The notes below the pieces were generated by a model, which did not search any database, was not told where the DNA came from, and saw only the letters and a program-made list of their open reading frames with translations. From Thiothrix sp. (GTDB taxonomy: Bacteria > Pseudomonadota > Gammaproteobacteria > Thiotrichales > Thiotrichaceae): DNA of 41,566 bases. Where the stretch lies: contig DRMA01000008.1 in assembly GCA_011375245.1 (NCBI GenBank), positions 1 to 41,566 of the forward strand. Reading direction: 5' to 3'. The translations under genes and the position numbers were made by a program. This document shows, piece after piece, positions 8,913 through 16,001 of this stretch. Positions within the stretch are counted from its first letter, which is position 1; each line of letters opens with the position of its first letter.

Positions 8913-9704
8913 ATGGATTCACTTTTTTTCTGGTTTTCAAAACTTGTTTGGTTATTTATATCACCTGACAGCCTACTCCTATTTTGCTTCGCATTGGGTT
9001 TATTTCTTTTATGGAAAAAACGATTTTATGGTGCAAAAATAGTCCTCACCTCACTTTTTATTATACTGTTATTTATCGGTTTTTTTCCTGTTGGAAAGTG
9101 GTTGCTTTATCCGCTGGAGAAACGCTACCCTGTTAATCCTACGTTAGAAAATGTTGATGGTATTATTATGTTAGGTGGCACTGAGGAGGTATTGCTCAGT
9201 CATTTTTGGCAACAAAATGTATTAGGAGGCTCAGCAGAACGTTACTTTGCTTTTATACAGTTGGCAAAAAAATACCCTAATAGCAAAATGCTTTTTGCAG
9301 GAGGGACTGGTAGCATGACCGAGCAAGATTACAACTACAAAGAAGCTGATGTCGCCAAACAGGTGTTTAAGCAACAAGGTTTAGATACCTCCAATATTAT
9401 ATTTGAACGAGAATCACGAAATACATGGGAAAATGCACTTTTCAGTAAAAGGTGGGCTCAGCCAAAAGAAGGAGAAAACTGGGTGTTGATAACAACGGCT
9501 TGGCATATGCCTCGTTCAGTTGGAATTTTTTGCCAAATAAATTGGAAAGTTACTCCCTATCCTGTTGACTTCACCACTCACCCACATCATTTACTACGCT
9601 TGAATTGGAATTTTCCAAAACATCTTGGAAATTTGAACACAGGTATTAAAGAATGGATAGGAATAATAGCTTACCAATTGACGGGAAAAATGTGTAAAGG
9701 CTAG
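8913..9704 (+). CDS. DUF218 (YdcF/ElyC-like) membrane protein
   Basis: 263-aa ORF with N-terminal TM helices. Motifs IIMLGGTEE, FAGGTGS, ESRNTWENA and LITTAWHMPRS are present. Confidence 0.85.
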   Translation: MDSLFFWFSKLVWLFISPDSLLLFCFALGLFLLWKKRFYGAKIVLTSLFIILLFIGFFPVGKWLLYPLEKRYPVNPTLENVDGIIMLGGTEEVLLSHFWQQNVLGGSAERYFAFIQLAKKYPNSKMLFAGGTGSMTEQDYNYKEADVAKQVFKQQGLDTSNIIFERESRNTWENALFSKRWAQPKEGENWVLITTAWHMPRSVGIFCQINWKVTPYPVDFTTHPHHLLRLNWNFPKHLGNLNTGIKEWIGIIAYQLTGKMCKG

Positions 9705-9751
9705 TTTTAGTTTTTAAGTTCAGCTCCATCTGGCAAGTGGATAAACTAATC

Positions 9752-9823
9752 AAACAGACCGTGCATTCAGCGACTGAATCGCTGCCAATGCCTCTTTCGT
9801 CTCGGTAAAACGCTCGCAAATTG
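9752..9823 (-). pseudogene. Orphan 3'-terminal fragment of a rep-like gene, a duplicate of 12343-12414
   Basis: By my hand alignment, 72 bp match the last 23 codons plus the stop of the 12341..13927 gene with 3 mismatches. No upstream reading frame is attached. Confidence 0.7.
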
Positions 9824-9865
9824 TCTGTCTAAGGATTGTAAACATTCAGTTGGCAAGACCACCAA

Positions 9866-9963
9866 CAAAAATATTTTAACAAAATAATCAAGATGTTGTA
9901 GGGTGTATGGCGTGCCTTATCCACCCTACGAAGTTATGCTCTATTTGTTAAAATAATTATGAT
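9866..9963. repeat. Family A element (MITE-like), a copy with a central deletion
   Basis: Both outer arms (aaaaatattttaacaaaataat... and ...ccttatccaccctacgaagttatgctctatttgttaaaataattatgatca) match the copy at 31578-31713. About 45 bp of the centre is missing. Confidence 0.7.
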
Positions 9964-10063
9964 CATCTACTCACTGCGCGAAGGATGGCAAGAATCATAC
10001 CGAACACTATTGTCTTTATTCGAGAACGTAGATAAAACGGTCATGCTATAGCGGTTTGAGTGA

Positions 10064-11563
10064 TTAATTATAACAAGCATAGATATATTTCCCGCCAGCG
10101 CCTTCATTTAAGTCTCTAGTTCTATAAGGATAAAGTGTGCCGCATGTATTAGTACTCTTATCACCTACGGTTATTTTCATGCGTGTTATAGGCGAAATGT
10201 TTCTATTTCTTGAGGTACAGAGATACAAAGGGGTATCGTGAATTGTTGTTCCTTTGTTTAAATCGGTACGATAACGATAATAATTACTAGGGCATCTATT
10301 TTTCGTTATGCGTATATTGCTAATTGCACTCCACGCGGGGTTTCTTGCAATACAAAAATAAATATATCGACCACCAGAGCCTTTATTTAAATCGATGCTA
10401 ATGCGTTTGTAGCCTGAACTACAACGATTCACAGCATCACGATACGATGTTATGCCAATATTCGTGATTGCTTGATTAAACATTTTCTCTGTATCTTCAG
10501 CAAAATACTCATGACTGTCTGCATTGGCAATCGCTTTATCAGGACGACTAATCGCTAATTGTTTTACACCACTTTCTCCATAAACATGATCCTTGGTTTT
10601 GGCGACAATCGAAAAATGCGAAACTTCATGTACGAGAGTGCCTGCCTTTGAGTCTCTACCTTTTAAGGAAGCCCTCCAAAAACTATTACATAAATAGATT
10701 CTGTAGGGTCTATTAGAATATACATAAGCATAAGAAGCGCTCGCACAACTGCAATCAAACGTTACTTGCTTGTTAGCAAGTGCATCATGTATTTTATTAA
10801 AATTTTGTGTAACAGCGCTATAGCGAGCATTCGTATAGCGACCAAACCATGTTTTATAATGTACACCAAGTGATTGAGTGCTAACAGTTGCGCCATTTAA
10901 AAGATTCATTGAATCATCAGCTAATTCAGTAGCTGCTATCAGTGCTTTATTTAATATGCTTTTCTGATTTGAAGTACACGAGGAGAAATTGGCTTGTTTC
11001 TCTTGTATTACTTCTATTTGTCGCTTTTCATTTAAGGTAAAACTGATTATGGAGGACTGTGTTGCAACGGTTTTAAGCTGCATCTCAAACATGCCTTTTT
11101 CTGCATAAGTAGGGTTAACCTGTAAATCTTGTTTAAGTGCAATGGTATAATCCCCCGTTTCTTCAACAGCATAGCCTTCAGCAAGATCTATTAAGCCAGA
11201 GACGCTTTCTCCTGCTGCAAGCGTCATAAAATCCTCTTCGGTTGGCGCGGCTCGTTTAACCATTTTCCCAATATAAGGCACATCTTGCCCTTTATGTTGA
11301 ATGGTAAACATATCACCTGTGAAATCATTTTCTAACGGTGTTTGCCATTTAAGGAAAGTAATCGGATCATTTCTTGTATTGGTTAACGTAAAATTAAGCG
11401 TTAATTTATCCGTAGAAAAATACTCAGTCTTAGGCATGGATAATTTAAAGTCTAAGCCTGATAAGGAGGGATTATCCATTTTGTTATCAGCATAACTTGC
11501 TGTAATGGTTTGTATAAATCCTAGTAAGAAGATTAAAAATAGCGTTGGTAATTTATAGTTCAT
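10064..11563 (-). CDS. Secreted aspzincin (M35 / peptidyl-Lys metalloendopeptidase-like) preproprotease with a triple C-terminal repeat domain
   Basis: 499-aa ORF with a signal peptide ending TASYA. HEVSH lies at aa 312-316, followed by KTKDHVYG (the GTxDxxYG-type third ligand) and ADSHEYFAE. Three repeats of about 45 aa occupy aa 365-499. Confidence 0.85.
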   Translation of the reverse strand: MNYKLPTLFLIFLLGFIQTITASYADNKMDNPSLSGLDFKLSMPKTEYFSTDKLTLNFTLTNTRNDPITFLKWQTPLENDFTGDMFTIQHKGQDVPYIGKMVKRAAPTEEDFMTLAAGESVSGLIDLAEGYAVEETGDYTIALKQDLQVNPTYAEKGMFEMQLKTVATQSSIISFTLNEKRQIEVIQEKQANFSSCTSNQKSILNKALIAATELADDSMNLLNGATVSTQSLGVHYKTWFGRYTNARYSAVTQNFNKIHDALANKQVTFDCSCASASYAYVYSNRPYRIYLCNSFWRASLKGRDSKAGTLVHEVSHFSIVAKTKDHVYGESGVKQLAISRPDKAIANADSHEYFAEDTEKMFNQAITNIGITSYRDAVNRCSSGYKRISIDLNKGSGGRYIYFCIARNPAWSAISNIRITKNRCPSNYYRYRTDLNKGTTIHDTPLYLCTSRNRNISPITRMKITVGDKSTNTCGTLYPYRTRDLNEGAGGKYIYACYN

Positions 11564-12340
11564 GTTAAACCCTTAATATTTAAAAATAACAAAACAGTGG
11601 GTATGTATTTTTATAAACTAAATGATTTATGAAAAATAAAAACCCTGTTTTTTTATAATTAAGATGATGATTAATATTAAAAAAAACTATTTTAATGAAA
11701 TGTATTGCATTGCTAGTAAAAAAAGTTAACTAAAAACAAATTAATCTTTTGATTTTAAATGTTTTTATGCTTTTGAGTAACGAGGTGATAATGATGCCCT
11801 GATATTCTTTTTAATTTAATGTAAAAAGAAGCCTATTGTTTTTGGAAACGTTAGACTTAAAACAAACTCGGTAATGATTATAGTCATTTAATTATAAAAA
11901 AACAGAAAGAATTTTTAGTCTATAAAAATTATAGATTAGCACTATAGATAAAATACGAAATAATGATAATTAATTATGATTTATCTTATTTAAATTATTT
12001 ATTTTAAATATTTATTAATCGAAGTGACTTTGTTAAAGCTTTACCTTGCTTAAATGTATTTTTTAACTGAAATTAAATCGTTTGTCAGTAAAAATAACAA
12101 TCTACCAACACGTTTTGTTGCTAAAAAACGTTTTGTACATTTATCCGAAAGCGTTATGATTTGGTCGATTTTTAGACTGGATAATTATGCTATGAAAAAC
12201 TATTTACTCTTATTGCTGCTAAGCATTATGGTGGAGATTAACGATAACGTTCGGTTTTAGTGTGATTCTTAGCAGGCTTTAAAGGGTAAACTTAAACTAT
12301 TTTTGATATTTATGAAGGATGCATGCCTTCAGTGTGATTC

Positions 12341-13927
12341 CTAAATAGACCGTGCATTCAGCGGCTGAATCGCTGCCAATGCCTCTTTTGTCTCGGTAAA
12401 ACGCTCGCAAATTGAATCCCATAAGCCACGCATATCAAATTTATCAAGGGCTTCATTAAACGTCAGGCTATCGTTTCTTCCCATTAGTTTTATGTTATTT
12501 TTCATTTGTATGCAATCAGCAACCGCCTCTTGATACTCTGTCCGTCGGCGTTCTGATTCACGTAATGGGCGTGGTTCAGCAGGAGCGATGCTACCCGTAC
12601 CAATAGTCGCTGGCATTGCGGGCAATGGCATATCAAGGCAGTTATTCTCTAAACGCATCAATAGGTTGGTCAAATATGCGATGGGGCTGTTAACGGGATT
12701 ATGGGTATTGCGTAGACGTTTGCTGAGCATGTCTAAGAGGATTTGCTGCTTGTCATGATCCGCACGTTGTAGCAGTTTTTTTGCGTCATGACGTTGGTCT
12801 TGGCTCAATTGTGAGGGGAAAATTAAAGCGTCGGTATTGACTGCCACTTGACTGCTGGGCAAAGGAGCAGTCATTTCTTGGTGAGGGCTGGATTTTTCGA
12901 TGGGTTGCTTATCCGTTTCGGACTCAATAACGGTTTCAATCACTGGCTCGCTGGCAGGCTCAGCAGGGACAACAGGAGAGGGTACGTCGTTTTCATTTGC
13001 TGTTTCTTCGGTATTTTGTTCGGTTTGCTTTGTGGTTGCGAGGGCTTTTTTTAGTAAACGCTCAATTGTTTTTTCTAAGCCTGCTTGTTGCTGATTGATG
13101 GCTTTTTCATACTCTGCTTGTTGTTGAACGAAGGCTTTTTCAAACGCTGCTTGTTGTTGATCGATGGCTTTTTCATACTCTTCTTGTTGCTGAACGAACG
13201 CTTTTTCAAACGCTGCTTGTTGCTGATCGGTTGCTTTTTTTAGTAAATCCTCAAATCCTTTTTCTGTATTGCCTTGTTTCTCAGACAAGTCATTCATATT
13301 GCCTATCCGCCCAATCGCGGTTAGTATATTTTTCAGTAAATCCTGCAAATAATCAGGTGGTGTATGAGCAGGAGGCGTGTTTTGTGCTGGCAACGATGGG
13401 GCGGGTTCAATCGCTTGATTGGCAGGGTTTCTTCTCGCTTTTTCAATTTTTTCAAGGTATTCGGGGGAGTGTTTGGCTATAAAGCGTTCTTTATCAAGCA
13501 TAATCGTTGGGTCATTGGTGATAATACCGTCACATTCTTCTTTGCCCCATTGGGAAAAATTAAAATTAATCGACAAATATTTTCCATAGTGACCTTCACG
13601 GCTAATCAGCACATGAATCGACTCTAAATAACGCACAACTTCATTGGCATGATGCGGAAAAAGATTGGTTAATTGTTGTAAGCGCCGACCATTCATATCG
13701 TCTTCATATTTATTAAAATCAATGGTTTGGCTAAAGATGGCGGTGACGATTTTAGCAGCACGCTGGGTCAGGCAACACAAGGGGATTTGACGGAGAAAGA
13801 TTTGAGTGATTTTGATGCGCTCGGCATCGGAGAGGTGCAAAACATCGTTGACGGCAGCAGAAAGTGGCTGTTTGTTGCGGTCAGACATTACAAAATTTTC
13901 AGTATTTGGATAAACTGTGATACGCAT
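12341..13927 (-). CDS. Replication initiator-like protein with a phage lambda O-type N-terminal domain, a Q/E-rich tandem repeat and a C-terminal domain
   Basis: The segment LTQRAAKIVTAIFSQTIDFNKYEDDMNGRRLQQLTNLF...VLISREGHYGKYLSINFNFSQW parallels lambda O (LTKRQFKVLLAILRKTYGWNKPMDRITDSQLSEIT...NIIKQQGG...NKNISEW). I chose the start at 13927 (MRITVY) because an AAGGAG lies 9 nt upstream. The ORF track's longest form starts at 13981. Confidence 0.75.
   Translation of the reverse strand: MRITVYPNTENFVMSDRNKQPLSAAVNDVLHLSDAERIKITQIFLRQIPLCCLTQRAAKIVTAIFSQTIDFNKYEDDMNGRRLQQLTNLFPHHANEVVRYLESIHVLISREGHYGKYLSINFNFSQWGKEECDGIITNDPTIMLDKERFIAKHSPEYLEKIEKARRNPANQAIEPAPSLPAQNTPPAHTPPDYLQDLLKNILTAIGRIGNMNDLSEKQGNTEKGFEDLLKKATDQQQAAFEKAFVQQQEEYEKAIDQQQAAFEKAFVQQQAEYEKAINQQQAGLEKTIERLLKKALATTKQTEQNTEETANENDVPSPVVPAEPASEPVIETVIESETDKQPIEKSSPHQEMTAPLPSSQVAVNTDALIFPSQLSQDQRHDAKKLLQRADHDKQQILLDMLSKRLRNTHNPVNSPIAYLTNLLMRLENNCLDMPLPAMPATIGTGSIAPAEPRPLRESERRRTEYQEAVADCIQMKNNIKLMGRNDSLTFNEALDKFDMRGLWDSICERFTETKEALAAIQPLNARSI
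13081..13240 (-). repeat. 66-bp in-frame tandem repeat (about 2.4 units) inside the rep-like gene
   Basis: Units 13081-13146 and 13147-13212 differ at 5 of 66 positions by hand alignment, and a partial third unit follows. They encode QQQAAFEKAFVQQQ(E/A)EYEKAI(D/N). Confidence 0.85.
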
Positions 13928-14013
13928 AGTCAATCGCTCCTTGATTGGATTGTGGAGTCCTATTGCCGTTGATGAAAGCAACTCAATGGGACGCTTAATT
14001 AGTATTCAATTTG

Positions 14014-14034
14014 ACTACTGATTCGTTCAGTAGT
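14014..14034. promoter_or_regulatory. Perfect 8-bp inverted repeat upstream of the rep-like gene, a candidate operator
   Basis: ACTACTGA-ttcgt-TCAGTAGT lies about 90 bp upstream of the rep start, just downstream of a possible minus-strand TTCCCA-N16-TATAAA promoter. It shares the CTGA..TCAG half-site with iteron copy 1. Confidence 0.35.
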
Positions 14035-14298
14035 TGAGTTGCTTTATACCTTACTCGTGCTGTGTGGGAAAATGCAAGAAAAATCTTTTTTAATTTTATT
14101 TTTTGCTTGATTATTCTTAATTATTATTTATTTTCAATGAGTTATGCTTTTGTTTATTTTTGACGCAATTGCTTTTTTTGACAATTTTGCTTATTTTTTA
14201 GTCTAGCGGTTAATAAGTCCTCACCTGACATTTTTAAAAAAAAAGACAACGACAGGATCTCGCGAAAACAAATGGGTTGGCTATTTTTCGCGTGCGTG

Positions 14299-14400
14299 GT
14301 GTTTGTTGTTTTTTTTTAATTTTTTTTTTTGTCTGTTTGTCTGTTGTTTTTTATGTAATGTTTTTTTGTTTGTCTGTTTGTCTGTTTGTTTGTCTGTCTG
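14299..14400. repeat. T/G-skewed tract with T runs and a GTTTGTCT microsatellite
   Basis: Runs of T9-T10 are followed by tttgtctgtttgtctg and later tgtttgtctgtttgtctgtttgtttgtctgtctg. Very few A residues occur on the plus strand across about 100 bp. Confidence 0.7.
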
Positions 14401-14401
14401 T

Positions 14402-14501
14402 GGCAACTGAATCAGTTGGGCAACCAAAACGGTTGGGCTGATTTCAATGACTTAGGTGAGGGCAACTGATTTGGTAGGGCTACCAGAATGGTTGGGTACT
14501 G
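14402..14501. repeat. Two iteron-like direct repeats of about 40 bp, with a 59-bp period
   Basis: The copies are ggcaactgaatcagttgggcaaccaaaacggttgggctg (14402-14440) and ggcaactgatttggtagggctaccagaatggttgggtac (14461-14499), identical at about 29 of 39 positions by hand. Copy 1 contains the palindromes CAACTGA-a-TCAGTTG and CAACC-aaaac-GGTTG. Confidence 0.5.
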
Positions 14502-14744
14502 CAACAAATAAATGTAGCTATTGGGCAAAAAAAGAACAGATCAATAATCTAGCTTTTTTGTGGGATTGGTACAGATTTATCAGATCATTATAGACGGGGC
14601 TGTTACTTGCTCTATAAAGATGAGATTTAGAGATGGGCTATTTGTTAAAAAGAAAATATTTAGGAAGACGCTTATAAAAATGAATGACACTCTACCTCAT
14701 TAATTGGAGTGGTTCAAAAATGTAGATAACAAAGTAACAACAGC

Positions 14745-14840
14745 GTAGCCTGTATGGAGCTTGCGGAATGCAGGTGAAATACAAATAATTTAGATATTTA
14801 CGATATATTTCCTTGATTCCGCAAGCTACATCAAGGCTAC
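14745..14840. repeat. Family B palindromic repeat, two arms in inverted orientation
   Basis: The left arm gtagcctgtatggagcttgcggaatgcaggtgaaata is an imperfect reverse complement of the right arm tatatttccttgattccgcaagctacatcaaggctac. The right arm matches 2443-2486. Confidence 0.75.
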
Positions 14841-14876
14841 AAAAGTGTTACCTTATACTGAACCATGCCCATTAAT

Positions 14877-15785
14877 TTATTTGGAAAATGATACATTCCT
14901 TAATGCTGCTGTTTTACCAATCGCAATAAATTTCTTAATATAAGGCACTTCTCGATCACTCATGCGTAAGGCAATAAACAGTTTTTTATGAATTCCTTTT
15001 CTTCCCAAGCGCTTTTTTTTAAGTGCAAATTTTTGACAATAATGATCTGCTAACCATTCAGGCAATACACAAACACCTCGTGCTAATACAACCATTTGTA
15101 ACATCAATTCCAACGAGGTTATTTTTTTAATACGTGCAGGTTTAACAAGTGCAGGATTTAAAAACTGCGTCATTATATCTAAACGTTCTACCGCAACAGG
15201 GAAGCTCAGCAAGGTTTCATCGGCAAATGCGTCAGGGGTGACTGTTTTACAAGATGTTAATACGTGATTTTCAGCAACTAATAACACTAGTTCATAGTCT
15301 GCTAAGGTTTCATAATGGATTTTTTTATTCTTTTCCTCATCAGGTGTGACCAGAATATCACTGTGATAATTGAGCAAGCCTTCTAACCCTGAAAATTGAA
15401 ATTTAGTAATAATATCAACGTCTACCTCAGGCATTTGCGGCATAAAGACCCCAAGCACTCCCGTTAACCACTCATAACAAGGATAACACTCAACACCAAT
15501 ACGCAAAATACCGTGACGACCCTCACTATAAGCTTTTAATGTTTGCTCTGCTTGTTCAATGGCGGGTAAAACTTGCAAGGCTGTTTGCAAGAGTAACTGC
15601 CCTGCTTGGGTTAACCGTAAATTTCTACCATTACGTTCCCATAAAGCAATATCCAGTTTTTTTTCCAAATAACGAATTTGGTGTGATAGTGCCGACTGGC
15701 TTAAACACAATGCATTAGCAGCAGCGGTTAGTGTGCCATTTTCATGCAAAGCATGAATAATTTTTAAGTGACTGTGTTCAATCAT
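14877..15785 (-). CDS. metR: LysR-family regulator MetR
   Basis: 302-aa ORF. The N-terminal HTH MIEHSHLKIIHALHENGTLTAAANALCLSQSALSHQIRYLE and the segment VECYPCYEWL closely parallel E. coli MetR (IECHSCIQWL). It is divergent from metE. Confidence 0.9.
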   Translation of the reverse strand: MIEHSHLKIIHALHENGTLTAAANALCLSQSALSHQIRYLEKKLDIALWERNGRNLRLTQAGQLLLQTALQVLPAIEQAEQTLKAYSEGRHGILRIGVECYPCYEWLTGVLGVFMPQMPEVDVDIITKFQFSGLEGLLNYHSDILVTPDEEKNKKIHYETLADYELVLLVAENHVLTSCKTVTPDAFADETLLSFPVAVERLDIMTQFLNPALVKPARIKKITSLELMLQMVVLARGVCVLPEWLADHYCQKFALKKKRLGRKGIHKKLFIALRMSDREVPYIKKFIAIGKTAALRNVSFSK

Positions 15786-15787
15786 CT

Positions 15788-15802
15788 ATGAGAATTTCTC
15801 AT
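15788..15802. promoter_or_regulatory. MetR-box-like palindrome in the metR-metE control region
   Basis: ATGAGAA-t-TTCTCAT is a perfect 7-bp inverted repeat. Its core TGAGAATTTCTCA fits the LysR T-N11-A rule and resembles the MetR consensus TGAA-N5-TTCA. It lies 3 nt upstream of the metR start codon. Confidence 0.4.
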
Positions 15803-16001
15803 GGTAACGTTAAAAATCATCATTTTATTTCATTGGTTAAGATAAATACACTGCGATGCTTTTATAACACTATAGAGCCAGATAATAACGTTCACGAATA
15901 AGAAGCCTGTTTAAAAATAATCCACAGAATTTCTGGATTCGTCAATGTGAAATGTGAACGTAATGACCTGAAATCTATATATAACAAGAGATACACGTAT
16001 C

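Noticed and set aside
9737-9745. DnaA-box-like 9-mers: GTGGATAAA at 9737-9745, and GGTGGATAAGG inside every family A arm
   Set aside because: They match 8 of 9 positions of TTATCCACA, but they are intrinsic to a dispersed repeat and there is no dnaA/dnaN/gidA context. I therefore do not call a chromosomal origin. A role in the putative plasmid-type ori cannot be judged from sequence alone.
12054-12260. 68-aa ORF in the AT-rich spacer
   Set aside because: Open frames are expected by chance in roughly 80% AT DNA. It has no ribosome-binding site and an Asn/Lys/Phe/Leu-biased composition. I cannot support it as a gene.
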